Source of the DNA: Eledone cirrhosa
Lineage: Eukaryota
Direction of reading: 5' to 3'
Assembly (NCBI GenBank): GCA_964016885.1
Contig: OZ024746.1
Coordinates: 25,420,001 to 25,484,000 of the forward strand
Length of the DNA: 64,000 bases
Shown here: positions 40,400 to 54,199 of the stretch, in pieces
How positions within the stretch are numbered: the first letter of the stretch is position 1
Layout of the letters: every line of letters begins with the position of its first letter
Translations under genes and position numbers: made by a program
The notes under the pieces: model-generated
Seen by the model: the letters and a program-made list of their open reading frames with translations, nothing else
Databases searched by the model: none
What the model was told of the DNA's origin: nothing

Positions 40400-40660
40400 C
40401 AGCTTCAGCTTGTACCCGTGTGGGGTAGGGTCTTCTGTATTACTGCATGACGCCAGAGGTCACGGTCGTGTGTCATCACCTTTGAGAGGTGTAATTGAGT
40501 AAGGTCGGCTTTTATCACCTCATCCCAGGCCTTCTTGGGTCTCCCCACTCTGCGGTTTCCATCAACTTCTAGAGCTCTGCACCTTTTTATGCAGCTGTGA
40601 TCCTTCATACGCATCACATGTCTATACCAATGCAACCGCCTCTCCTGCACACAGCATATA
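40400..40660 (-). mobile_element. RTE-clade LINE 3' fragment
   Basis: RRLHWYRHVMRM...GRPKKAW C-terminal motif. Confidence 0.75.
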
Positions 40661-40989
40661 TATAAAATAAGACCATGGATCTGCACCTGGAGAATTTTTG
40701 TCAGCTGCTAATGGCGGTTCAGTGTCTTCTGTGGATGTACAGACCAACACAGGAGTGCTAGTCCTGTATACAGCAACTACATTTGTAGATGCTCTCCTCT
40801 GGTGCTACTGTGTTGTTCTTTTTTTGAGCACGCTTTTCTTTGGGGGCAAATTTCAGTTTCCCTTCCCCCAGCTCCATCCCTCTGCGTAGTATTCGTCTCC
40901 ATCATGAGCGACCTCCTCCTATCTCTGGGTGTCGAGATCAATTATGAGTGTGTGTGTGTGTGTATGCAATAAGCATCACTGATGGTCAA

Positions 40990-42300
40990 AAGAAGGACGT
41001 CTGAAAATGTTACTATGAGAGGCTGATGAATGTGGAGAATGAATGGAAGGATGAGAGACCACCTCCAACTCACTCAACAGAGGGACCAGCTATTGAAATC
41101 GACAGTTACAGAGTCAAAGAGATGAAGAATGGTAAAACCACAGAATCATCAGAGATAGTTGCTGAGATAACAATCTAGAAAGGAACTACAGAGGAATAAA
41201 ACTAATGGACCAAGTTATGAAAGTGACAGAGAGTTCTAGCACAGCTAATTAGGGATAGAGTAAAGTTAGACAAGATGCAGTTTGGTTTTGTACCTGGAAA
41301 AAGTATGCCCTTTTTCTATTGAGACAACTACAAGAGAAGTTCCTTGCCAAGAATAAGCTGTTATATTTAGCTTTTGTTGATCTAGAAAAGGTTTTTGACA
41401 GATCTGTCATCTGGTGGTTCCTAAGGAAACTAAGGATAGAAGAATGACTTGTGAGAGCAGTACAAGCCATGTACAGAGGAACTGTCAATAAGGTGAGAGT
41501 AGGAAATGAGTTTAGTGAGGAATTCAAGGTACAGGTAGGAGTCCTTTGGGGTTCGATCCTCAGCTCACTTCTATTCATGATAGTTTTCCAGGACATAGCA
41601 GAGGAGTTTAAGACTGGTTGTTCATGAAAACTTCAGTATGCTGATGATCTGGTCCTCATAGCTGAAACTATGGAAGAACTGGAGAATAAGTTCAGACTGT
41701 GGAAACAGAATTTGGAATCAAAAGGGCTGAGAGTAAACTTAGCCGAAACTAAAATGCTAGTAAGTAGGAAAGAAGACAGGATACAGATTCCATGAGGGAA
41801 GTGACCCTGCTCAGTATGTAGAAAAGGAGTAGAAACTCTATACAATGTACACAATGTAAATTTTGGGTACACAAGAGATGTAGTGGGATATAAGGTAGAC
41901 CCATGGGAAAGGAAGAATTTGTATGTAGATGTTCAAGGTTATTTAATTAGCAGTGGAAGAGGGTGCTCCAAGAGCATAATAGCTAGAATAAGGATAGGGT
42001 GGGAGAAGTTTAGGGAACTATTGCTTCTGTTAATAACAATAACAAAAGGTTTCTCCTTCCAAATAAAAAGATAACTGATTGATGCCTGTGTGTGAAGTGC
42101 TATGTTGCAAGGTTCTGAAAGATGTGCAGTGATTGTGGAAGATATGTGCAAATATGCTTCAATGGATGTGCAATCTTAATCTAAGAGAACGACAATTTAA
42201 ATAAACTAAGAAAAAAACTGGGTATAAGAGGAATCAGAAGTAGTGTGCAAGAGAGAAGACTGCATTGTTATGGATGGTGATTGCTGGGTGAAGAACTGCC
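40990..42300 (+). mobile_element. Decayed RTE-clade LINE reverse transcriptase
   Basis: AFVDLEKVFDR and QYADDL motifs with multiple stops and frameshifts. Confidence 0.85.
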
Positions 42301-44659
42301 ATGAAATGTTTATCTAATGATAGATATTGCCTGTTTTTTTTAATAATTTTGAAAATAATAAAAAATTTCGAAGGATTTAGTAATACAAATACCTTTCTGA
42401 ATATTAAGCTGGTGTTTGGATTATAACTTAACAAAGGATTCTTACATAAAATTATAATGGAAAATTGTTAGATAAATATAAACACTTTAATCCTTTAGTT
42501 ACCATATTCTTAATGAAAGACACTGCCTATGATGTTTTAATTAATTTTGAAAGTAATCAACAATTTGGAGAGATTTAGTAAAAATCTTTAACTCTAAATT
42601 ATTCATTATCAAGCTAGTGTTTGGAACATAACTTGAAATAGGTTCTTACATAAAATTATGATTGAAAGTTTTTAGATAAATACAAACAATTTTGTATCAT
42701 AGAACCAGGGGTGGGAGTCTCAGGTGGATTGATAGGAAACATTTTAGTTAATATTTAGATTAGGTTACCAGATAACATTGGAAGATTTTTAGATAATAGA
42801 TTCATTTAGAAATAGATGAGTTTTTTAGATAAATATAAATATTTAAAAATAGTTTTGTATCATAAAACCAGGGTTTCGGGCAGTTTGGTATTAAAAAGGT
42901 TAATTGAAATATTTACTGAAATATAGTAATCATATTGAAATTTTAAATTCTATAACTGATAAAACAGGGTTATTTTTAAACATTTGTCTAGTTTCAGCCT
43001 TTACTCGTTCTGCATATCTTCCATCTCCATTTCATAACTTCCTCCAACATCTCCCTGGTTTACCTTCACCCCCTCACTCACCACAATCACCACCACCATC
43101 ACCACCACTCTGTAGTTTCAGAATTCTATGAGTGTCTTTTACTTAAATATTTTAAATAGTTTTCTAGGTGTGGTCTGTATGGCTCCTGCTCTTTTTCCTT
43201 ACCATTTCTCCCCTTCTCACTACTTCAACCACTCACTTCCACCTCCCTCTCCCTGCCATGCTTGGGGCATTGGCTCTTTTGCTTTCCCTCTCCTATTCCA
43301 GCTAACCCCCACCCCACCACCACACTTCATTTTCCTCCACGAATCTATCATACCACCCACAGCTGATGTCTGGGTATTTAGTGCCCAAGACTAGCTTAAT
43401 GTGTGCTTTTTTCTTCCAAATAAAATAATTTCAACTTACAGTTTGGTAAGAAGACAAACCTAGTTTTTGACCTTCCTTGCTCTGACCACATGAGAAAATT
43501 ATGGAGCCTCCACTTTCTACTACATAGTCCACACTCATGCCAATCATATGATAGGTCATAACACTATATAATATTTCCACAATTCTGCAACGTAGCCAAG
43601 ATGTTGATATATATATATAACTATTCAAATTTATATAAAACTGCAGTCCTTAAAGGTTCAGTAATGTGCCTCTCTTGGGTCTGCACTCTAACTACTTCCC
43701 TTTGTTTTCCTCACACCACTCCCCGCTGTCATCTTCCCATTTCCTCAAAATCTCTTTAAACAACAATTTCCCCCCCCCCCCCCCCGCTCTCTCTCTTTGT
43801 TACATCCCATGATAAAGAGCAAGGAGAGTCCAAAACGTTAGACTTTTCACACCTCACAGCAACTAAACTTTTCAAACGTTTCTATTTTCTTATTAAAACC
43901 CTTCCTTTAACATATTTCTAGTGAAAGACTAATAATTGTTTCTACTTTAGGCACAAGGCCAGCAATTACCCAGTTCATTACTGGTACTTTATTTTATCGA
44001 CCCTGTAAGGATGAAAGGCAAATAAGACGAATAATTTTGAAAATAATCAAGGTAGTTCAATAAGGAATATTGTACTAAAATAGTACTATTTAGGTACATA
44101 TAGTACCTATATAGTTCTGTAATTAATAATTGTTTCTACTTTTGGCACAAGGCCAGCAATTACCTAGTACATTACTGGTACTTTATTTTATCGACCTTGT
44201 AAGGATGAAAGGCAAAGTTAACGTCGGCGGGATTTGAACTCAAATCATAAAGACCTAAATAGTTCAGTACTAATGTACCTAGATAGTTTAGTACTAATTG
44301 ACCTGGATAGCCCAGTACTAATGAATCTAAATAGTTTAGAACTAATCTACCTAGATGTTCTATAACTAATGTTGTGTTTTATTTTATATTATCATTATAG
44401 CAATGTTTTTAAATTCCTTCAATGCAGTGCCCCAGCATGGCTGCAGTCTAATGAGAGAAATTAGTAAATTAGTGAAATTGAATGTTCTTCAAATGTTTTT
44501 TTTTTATTTTAGTATTGTGAAATTTAATAATTAATTAATGAAAGCTATTTAATAATTTTACATTCATATATTATCAGTAATTAAACAAGTTTAAGGAAAC
44601 AACCAAAATAATTTAAACAATATATGTTGTTATATTTAGGGATCGTCCTGTTGGCAGTA

Positions 44660-44925
44660 ATGCACCATATGATTTTCACTTTTTCATTTTATCTTTGTTA
44701 CTAGTTATTCGTTTGTTGATAAAAGTTCTTTCATCACACATTCTGTGACCTTCTCAATGACTATCAGTGCTCTTTTATGTCTCCTCTTCATTCTGGTCGT
44801 AATCTGTTACTCTATCTTGTTGTAGAGAAGAGGAGGCACAAAAGAGAACAGATAGTCATTGAGGAGGTCACTAATGAATAACTAGTAATAAAGATAAAGT
44901 GAAAAGTGTAAATCATATGGCGCAT
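44660..44925 (+). ncRNA. Candidate long hairpin RNA (~100 bp imperfect stem)
   Basis: 44660-44789 is the reverse complement of 44827-44925 apart from a ~30-nt insert; no expression evidence. Confidence 0.4.
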
Positions 44926-45250
44926 GGGTTTCTTTTTATTGGCAATACTGGTAACATGATCATCCCCAAATATAACAATATTGGTTTCAACACAGAATTT
45001 CACATTAAGAATCTTGCAAAACATACACAAAAGTAAAATATATATATTCATTTAATACCATTTTCCCTGACATGGGAAATAGTGATGCAGCTGATATATT
45101 TATATGTATATATTTATATGTGTATATATATATACATATATATACATACAAATATACGTTTCCCATATTTACCAAAGCTTCTCAATTTCTTTATGCTTTC
45201 ACATGTCATACTTTTCCTTGCAAGCTAATGTTTCTTTGGGAGTGTGCACA

Positions 45251-45301
<51 letters not shown>

Positions 45302-47766
45302 TGTAAATGTGGTTGGGGTTAGGAAGGGCATCCAGTCGTAGAAAACCTGCCAGATAGTCCTTTATGAACGAGACACGGTCACCCGACCAACCTTGCCTCA
45401 AGTGGGACAACTCCCATCTAACCCATGCTAGTGTGGAAGTTGGACGTTTAACGAAGATGATGATGATAATGACACTTTACAAACAAGAGGTGGGAATGTA
45501 CATGTTCCAGCTTGTCAACAAGAATCATAGAGACAAACAGGAACACCGAACTAAGGAGTGATGAAAGAAAGCTTCTGTTTCAAAGATATATATATAGATA
45601 TACACACATATGTATATATACACACACACATATATAGTCCAAGGTTAAAGGAAACAAACATGGAGAACAATTACACAAAGTAATTCCCATTTGACACTTG
45701 CTGCATGTATATGTGAGTGTATATATATATATAATAATTGTTTCTACTTTAGGCACAAGGCCAGCAATTTTGGGGGATGAGAAAGTCGATTAAATCGACC
45801 CCAGTGTATTATTGGTACTTAATATTATCAACCCCATAAGGATGAAAGGCAAAGCTGACCTTGGCAGGAGTTGAATTCAGAACGTAAAGGGCTGTAACTC
45901 TATGCCTCAAAGCATGTTGTCCAATGCTATATTAATACAGCCAATCCACCACTCCAATAATAATAATAATAATAATGGTTTCTGATTTAGGCACAAGGCC
46001 AACAATTTTGTGGAAGAGGAAAGTCGATTAAATTGATCCCAGTGCATTATTTTATCAACCCCTCCGTAAGGATGAAAGGCAAAGCTAACCTCAGCAGGAT
46101 TTGAACTCAGAACGTAAAGGGATGAAACTATGCTGCCAAGCAAGGTGTCCAGCGCTCTGGATTATAATAAGAGCACTGTCTGTCAGTCCACTCATCTGTC
46201 ACTTTATAAGCAAGAGATATGTACACAGAGAAAAGAGAACGCTATGGGTTTTCAAGGTGACAGAAAGTTACGATTTTGTCCTTATCTATATAGAGAGTGG
46301 GAGAACAATAAGCAAAAATGATGTACATAAAGAGAAGAGGAATGTCATTGGTTTAGACAGAGAGAGTGTGTGTGTGTGTGTGTGTGGACAGAAAAATGCA
46401 GAAGATATCACCCTCATCTAGTAATAATAATAATTGTTTCTACTTTTGGCACCAGGCCAGCAATTATCCCAGTGCATTACTGGTACTTTATTTTATCGAC
46501 CCCGTAAGGATGAAAGGCAAAGTTAACCTCGGCAGGATTTGAACTTAGATCATAAAGGGAGGTAACTCTGTGCTTCAAAGCATGGTGCCCGACCCTCTAC
46601 CGATACTGCCAGTCAAAAATAATTGTTTCTACTTGATAATAATGAGCAGGAACGAAGTATCAATATAACATCATTTTGTTTATTCATGCATGATATGCGT
46701 CTCTTGATCGATGTTATACTGATATTTCAATCCTGCTTCTTCTTATCATTATTAACACTGCTTCTTAAGGATACTGACTATGGTGGAATGCCAAAAATAG
46801 AATCCCATATTAATAACTAAACGTTACATACCAGTAAACTATATATATATATATATATATACACACACATACATATATATATATATATACATGCACACAC
46901 ACACACATATATATATATACACACACACATTGAATGTAATGCAATCATAGTGATAGTTTGTACTTTTCAGGAATATCTTGCTGATGTGGTTTCATGTGGT
47001 ATAGGATGTTAAGAGTTAAGTTTGAGCAAATAGTAGTTATTACTGTAGAGCAAAGGTTCTCAACCCATTTCAGCCAAACGCCCTCTTTTGCCCCTCGAAA
47101 TCCCTATTTTTCCATTTTTCAATACACTACTGATTTTGATATCAGTAGATTACTGGGCCAAATGAAGTTATGTTAGAATCTTTAAAAAATATTCGCACAA
47201 ATTAAATACAAGAAAGTTTCAGTCCAAAACAAAAGCAAGCTATTTCAAATTATATATTTTTTGAAAAAAAAAAAAAAAGATTTGATCTCAGTCGAAAAAG
47301 CTTTTTTTTTTTAAATTCTATATTTCACTGTTAGCTGTTGTAATATTTTGAGTGGCTAGACAATTCTACAATTCAAACTGTAAAGTCAAAATAAAAAAGA
47401 TGAAAAATATGAAGAATTTCTTACCTTTCTCTGAAATCACAAACTCGGAAAAAATAGAACCTTGCAAAATAAAATACTTAGTAGCAACGAATGAATTGAG
47501 AAGCTTGGAGACAGTGAGAAATCCATATCTGTATCCCTTATATATATACATAGATAGATACACACACGCACAAACTTGTGTGTGTGTGCCTTGGTTTTGG
47601 TACAGAAAGAATTTGTCTCGTTTTTATTGCCAGGTCAAAGGCCACTGCTCTTTTCAACAACGCCATATATATATATATAAATGAAGAGAGAAAGAGGGAA
47701 GGACAGAGAGAGTAAGAAATGTGTGTGTGTGTGTTTGGTACACGTCTATCTATCTATCTATCTATC

Positions 47767-50700
47767 CCAAAACACATACCTTTTTCCCTACTTACATGGG
47801 AAAAAGAACACAAAAAATTAAAATAAATAACATACCACCAAACATCAACATTTGGTGGATCTTAGCAGGGTTCATAGAGCCAGAAAGTGACACAATTCTT
47901 TCGGTCAGGAAGTCGACCAGACAAAGGTGGGTAGGGACAAATTTGGAAATTTTTATACAAATGAAACCAGAAAGAATTTCCAAAATCCCCAAAACAGTGC
48001 TGGTCGACAACCAAAACTACATTAACATTGTAACTGAGGGCAGAAAGCCACACTGTTTTCGATGTGCAAACACATCACATCTAAAAGCCTCCTGCCCTTT
48101 ACAAACAAATTAAAAAAAAAAAGTACTTTTACCAACACCAAAACAATCACCACCACCACCACCACCACAACAACACACAAAACAAGCAAACACACCCAAA
48201 CAACCACTCAACCACAAACAACAGAAAAAACACAGACAGCACCCCTGAAGAACACAGCCCCACCCCACTCAATCCAACACTACCACAAACACACACACCA
48301 AAACACCATCACCACACAACATACCCCTACCCCACACTCCTGATGATGATTATTCATCAACAGATGAGGCTGCTTCTCCTTTAAGTGAAGAAGAAGAGCC
48401 TCAGAAATCCAAAAAACAAATAGACCCCACAAAACCTCCAAAACTCCAATCACCAACACCAACACACAACCAGACACAAACAACACCACAACCAAACCCC
48501 CCCCCCCTACCAACAAAACAAACACCACCCCAAACACAAAAAAGAAAACTCACAGACGAACAACAAACCAAAACAACACAACCAAAACAATAACAATATA
48601 CATACATCAACACCAACCACAAACAATTGATGGAGGTCATCTCACAGGACCCCAAAGTGGAAACTGAAGGGAAAACTTTTGTCAAAGCAGACTCTGAACC
48701 ACACCTAAAACTAATAAGGGTTTCGATAGAAACCTATCAGAAATTGGAAGAACAGTTTTCACAGGACGTTGGCAACCCCTGCCAAAAACCAATAAACTGT
48801 GTCCTGTTGAAATGTTTCCCCACTCCACTCAACATCCCCACCAGAACTGAAATGGAGATTGAACAACTCAATCTCTAGGAAACGAAAAGGTAAGTGCACC
48901 TTTTCGCCAACTATTCTCCACTAACATAGCTGACTTACGAGTTGGAAGTGTGAATGTGCATGGCCTAGGGATGCCCTGGAAACAGGGCCAACTTTTAAAC
49001 GACCTTAGGTCACACGATATAGATGTAATAGCCATCACCAAGTCCAGGATCCACAACAGGCACCAACTAAACCCCATCTTCAATGACTTTGAGATCTACA
49101 CATCTGTCAGCCGGGAGGTGGAGGGGGAGTGACTGTCATGTTCCTGAAAAACCTGGATCTCACAGTACAGCAAGTACATTTGGACCCGGAGGGTAGACTG
49201 GTAGTCCTAGACATGAACAGTATTGGAGGTGGAGCCTTCAGACTGGTGGCCGTTTATGCCCCGACCAGGCAATCACAATCGCGGCCAGACTTCTTTAAGC
49301 GTCTAGAGTCTTTTCTGGGAACGTCTTGCTCCTTGCTTTTAGTGGGGGACTGGAATTGGGACTAGATGCACGAGAGGACTATGTGGGAACATGTCCCAGT
49401 AGAGCGGAGTGCAACAGCCTCAAAAATCCAATTGCAACTGGCTGATAGATATCGCCTAGATTTCCTGACTGCACCACAGTGGACGTGGGCAAACCGCAGT
49501 AGGACATCTAGATAGGGTTTTCATTAGAGAGAAGGACAAGAAGATGTTAAGCTGTCCACAAATGCACATGGTTGCCTATTCTAATCACAAACTATTCGTC
49601 TGCGTAGTCAACCGTGATAGAATACATAGACAAGGACCTGGATACTGGAAGCTGAACGTGTTGTTGCTGGCACGAAAAGCCTACAGTGAACGGATAAGTA
49701 GATTAGTTAAGCAAGAGTTGAAGGGAGCCATCGTCAACAATAGAGGGTGGTACTCTCTCAAGAGAGCAATTAGAGCAGAATCGATAGGATTTAGCAGAGA
49801 ATTAGCTTTAGAGAAAAACAAATCAGAAACAGAACTAGTAGCCAAGGTAGAAGAGGCACTTAGGAGTGGCAACGCAGCTAGAGTGCTAGCATCGAGAACG
49901 ACACTGGACCAGTTCTTCGATGCGAAACACGAGGGCTGCGTGGTCATAAGTAAATCACGTGCTCTAGGAAACGAGGGAGCAAAAGCTGTTAGCAAGTGGC
50001 GGAAGCGAAAGTGGCAACAAGTCCACGATTCGGTCCTTGAAAGACAAAAACGGACGTGTGCTACTTGACCCCAGGCAGATGTGCACGGCCTTTCAGTGGC
50101 ACTTTGCATGACTGTTTGAGCAGAATTACGGTGCACCGAACGGAGCAATGGATTTTGGTTCATACCTCGACAGCCTGCCGCGTCTCTCGAGCATGGACGC
50201 CGAGTTCTGCGAAAGACCGATCACAGCCACTGAGATACGGGACGCTCTGGGAAACGCAAGTCACCCGGTCTAAATGGTCTACCCTATGTGTTTTACATAG
50301 GCATGCAGGACTTGTTCTTTGGCGTCCTCGAAGCCTTCTACTGCAATTGGCAGCAGAACGGGACAATTCCCAGTTCTGTAGGCAAGGGCGTAGTAACGCT
50401 GATCAGGAAAGACGAGAACAAGGGGGACGAAATAAACAATTTCAGGCCCATAACTCTGCTCAAGACAGAGTTAAAGATTTTGGCCAAGGTGCTAGCAACG
50501 AGGCTGGTGTTTGTCATTGAAAACCTGGTAGGGAAAGCGTAAACGTGTGCAGGTCCGTACACGACAACCTCCACCTCATGCGATACATCATAAAGAGGGT
50601 GGGGTGTAAACCTGGCTTTGGTGGGGCTCTGATCAATTTAGATCAGTCTAAAGCATTTGATAGGGTCGACCATCGAAACTTGGAAGCGGTTCTCAAGGCA

Positions 50701-52504
50701 GCCGGTTTCGGTCCCGTCTTCAGAGGCTGGATCTAGGCGATGCACACCAGCATCTGCTCGAAGGTCAAGGTGAACGGCTACCTATCGGAGCCGTTCGCCA
50801 TCACGCATTCCATTCAACAGGGATGCCCTCTCTCCTCCATTCTGCACGTATTGCCTCTAGAGCCACTACTGTGGAAGTTGGAGATTTTGCAGGGCATCCC
50901 TTTAGAACCGGAACTGTGAAAAGCGGCGGTAATAGTGTCGAAAACCTAGGAAATCGAGGTAATCGGCAACCTACTACAGGAATACAAAAGGTTCACAGGA
51001 GCAAAACTGAACCCGGACAATTCTGTCGGTTTGCAACTCGGAACGTGGAGAGGCAAACCAATGCTGTATGACGCAGGACGGAAGAACCGGTGAAATTGCT
51101 CGGGGTCTGGTTCGGTCCAGACCTCCAGGTGGAGAAAAACTGGAACGAGGTCATGGCTAAGGTATTTGCACTCACCCAGAAGTGGGAAGAGTGCAAACTG
51201 TCTTTGAAAGGTTGAGCAGAGGTGGCGAACACTTTCATAGCATCCGTCATCTACTACCGCTTGACTGTCGTGCCTTGTCCCCGTGATTACCTCACCAAGA
51301 TGGAATGCATGCTCTTCCAGTTCCTGTGGAAGAAGCAGGCTTTACTGGTGAGAAGATCCGTCTGCTGTCAACACCCTTCGAACGGAGGGCTAGGTATGCC
51401 GTGGCTAATGATGCACTGAGGCTACGGCATCTCCAAGTATTCCTCACCGACCAACTGGTGTGGGCACCGTTTGTGAGACAGGCCTTCCCACAACTTGTCT
51501 CGCTGACGGAGCTGCAGTCCTGGGTCAAGCGAAGACCGAACAGGATGGGCGCCTGGCCCATTGAATGCACCCAGGTGCTCATAGTCCTCTGTCAAGCGAG
51601 CACAGCAATCAGTGGAGACTCCACATCGACATTCTATAGAGTGTTAGTACTTTACATGTGCGACGACGTGCTCGAGGAGACTCTAGGCGTCGAAGACGAT
51701 GAGCTCACCAGTCTGTTCGGTAGGACGTTCCGCCCGGGGCCTATGGACAACTTCCAGAGGTCCCTGGCCTGGCAGTGCTACCGAGGAGCTCTACCCGTTT
51801 GAGATAAGATCTACAAGCACGGACACCCCAGCAGGGATCCTTCCAAGAGGACGTGTCCAAGATGCGAGCAGGACATTGAAACCGTCTTGCACGCAATTGT
51901 ACACTGCTCGGGCGTATTGACCTGTGGAACTATGCAGAACAACTGCTGTCGTGTATGGGACAAATCAAGTTGACTGCCTAGTCCATAGTAAGGATCAAAC
52001 TGCCAGCCTCTTTCAAAAAGGAAAGAGAGGCGGTTTTCCTCTGTACAGTGGCTATGGTGAAAGAGGTTATATGGTGGACGAAATTGAGAGAACTGAGGAC
52101 AGATACCTTTCTCTCCGGACAACAATTGATTCCCTTCTTTAAGTATCACTTTAGAAGGAGAATCAGAGTGGAGAGAGCGGCACTGCACCCCAGTAAATTT
52201 ACTGAAAGGTGGGTGAATGAAGCGAAAATGGCCCGAGTGATTGGGCCTTCTCTGTTTATAAGCCTGTAGGTTAAAGAAGAGAGCAAAAAGAAGGGAGCAC
52301 TTGCACAACACGCTCCTGAAGTTGAGGATTGTTTTATCGACGGGGGTATTAAACAACCCATTTGGTGCGCCTCCCCCCTATTGGGGATTTCGATTGTTAT
52401 AATTGTTTATTTCAATATTTTTACACAACTGTATGTAAAATCCCCGGCATGTGTCTTTGTATTGTCCCCTTTTCTTGAGTGCCCTTGTGGCAAATAAAGA
52501 AATA
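47767..52504 (+). mobile_element. Decayed L1/Tx1-like LINE: partial ORF1 with CCHC knuckle, AP endonuclease, RT, 3' AATAAA
   Basis: CFRCANTSHLKASC; NVHGL, VYAP and GDWN (APE); FRPITLL and DQSKAFDRV (RT); many stops. Confidence 0.92.
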
Positions 52505-52629
52505 TATCTATCTATCTATAACTGGAGGCTCAAACATGGTAGACCAGACAGAAAAAAGAAAATATATATATGTGTGTGTATTATATATATATATATATAT
52601 AATATACACACACACACATATATATATCC

Positions 52630-52825
52630 TTACACACTTAAACATAAATGCATGTATATATACAAATGTATAAATGCATAGCTATATACATACGTAAATG
52701 TATGTATATATGTATGTATATTTATATATATATATAAATCTACATACATACATACATTTACGTATGTATATAGCTATGCATTTATACATTTGTATATATA
52801 CGTGCATTTATATTTAAGTGTGTAA
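52630..52825. repeat. Near-perfect ~196 bp palindrome
   Basis: Arms of ~95 bp with few mismatches and essentially no spacer. Confidence 0.9.
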
Positions 52826-53197
52826 AGATGTTGATATGATTATTTATGGGGGTTTTTTTGGGTACAGAGAAAATTCTGTCTCCAGATTTTATTACCTAGG
52901 GAGATTAAATACCATAGTTTGTAATGTAGAAAATGATTTGTTTTAAGAAGGCTAAGACAATACGAAATGGTTTGTAAAATTTAGTTTAAATGAAGGCAAC
53001 AAAGATGTTTGTGTATTACCTGGAATTTTTTTTTTCCGTATTAATATTTCAGGACTTAAAAATCATTTAATCTGAAACCTTTGATTAGATTTGATTTAAT
53101 TTTTTTAAAATTAATATATTTCTATTTTATTGCAAAAATATCGATGTTGTCAAAAATCACTAGTTAATTAATTAATTTATTTATTATTGGAAACGGT

Positions 53198-53359
53198 TCA
53201 ATAGTTCATCTGTTGATATTCTTTGATGACACTTCCTGCGATAACAAGACGTTGAATTTCGCTGGTTCCTTCATAAATTTCTGTAATTCTTGCATCTCTG
53301 TAATGGCGTTCTGCAGGCATATCAGAAACATAGCCCATTCCTCCAAGAACCTGGATTGC
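53198..53359 (-). CDS. ACADS: ACADS terminal exon ([41 protein letters not shown]...*)
   Basis: ACAD C-terminal signature with catalytic IYEGT; close to SCAD; TGA stop. Confidence 0.96.
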   Translation of the reverse strand, partial: AIQVLGGMGYVSDMPAERHYRDARITEIYEGTSEIQRLVIAGSVIKEYQQMNY

Positions 53360-54199
53360 CTATAATGAGAAGAAAAATACAGAAGTGTGAAGATTTAAAA
53401 AATAAAATGATATTTAACCCTTTCGGTATTATATTTCTAATGAAAAACATTGCCTACCATTTTTAAGTAATTTTGTAAATAATCAAGAATTTTGAAGGAT
53501 TACACGTGTAACTTCCTCATTATTAATTTGGTGTTTGGAATATAACTTAAATTTCTTTTATTGATGACAGAAACTTACAGCTCCTGTTGCTTTGTGATAC
53601 CTACTGGCAAATTATCTCCACCTTTCCTCAACTAATACTCAGCTACCTCTACTCACCTCTATCTAACACACTATATTACCTATACTCATCTCCCCCTCAC
53701 ACAGACCTACCTACCTCCACCCACCTCAATTTTTTTTAAATGAGACAAATAAAACATGGGTAGCAGACATGGCCATGTGGTTAAGGAGTTCATCTCCCAA
53801 CCACACGGTTTTGGATTCAGTCCCGCAGTACTATGGACAAGTGTCTTCTACTATAGCATCAAGTTAACAAATGCTTTCTCAGTGAAATTTGATAGATGGA
53901 AACTGCAGAAGCTCACTGTATATATATAGACACTTTATTTCACATTGCTCTAGTTTACTCAGCTGTAGAAATGAGATGATAGGGACTGGGTCCCTATCAT
54001 TCTACTGCAAAGTGGTCGTGGAGGTGCCACGGCAAAAAAGCACCCAGCACTCACTGTAAATGAGGTTGATGTTAGGAAGGGCATCCAGCTGTAGAAATCA
54101 AGCCAGAATCAGTTCCCGTCCCACCCTTGCAAGCAGGGAAAAGCGGACGTAAGAATGAAATGAAATGAAAATGAAATGAAATATATGATCATCAAAATT

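Noticed and set aside
44812-45051. 79-aa hydrophobic minus-strand ORF as a small membrane protein
   Set aside because: No recognisable homology; hydrophobicity is expected from T-rich sequence; it overlaps the hairpin arm
48062-48685. Thr/Gln-rich mucin-like ORFs
   Set aside because: Low-complexity C/A-rich region of the LINE between the ORF1 knuckle and ORF2, broken by stops
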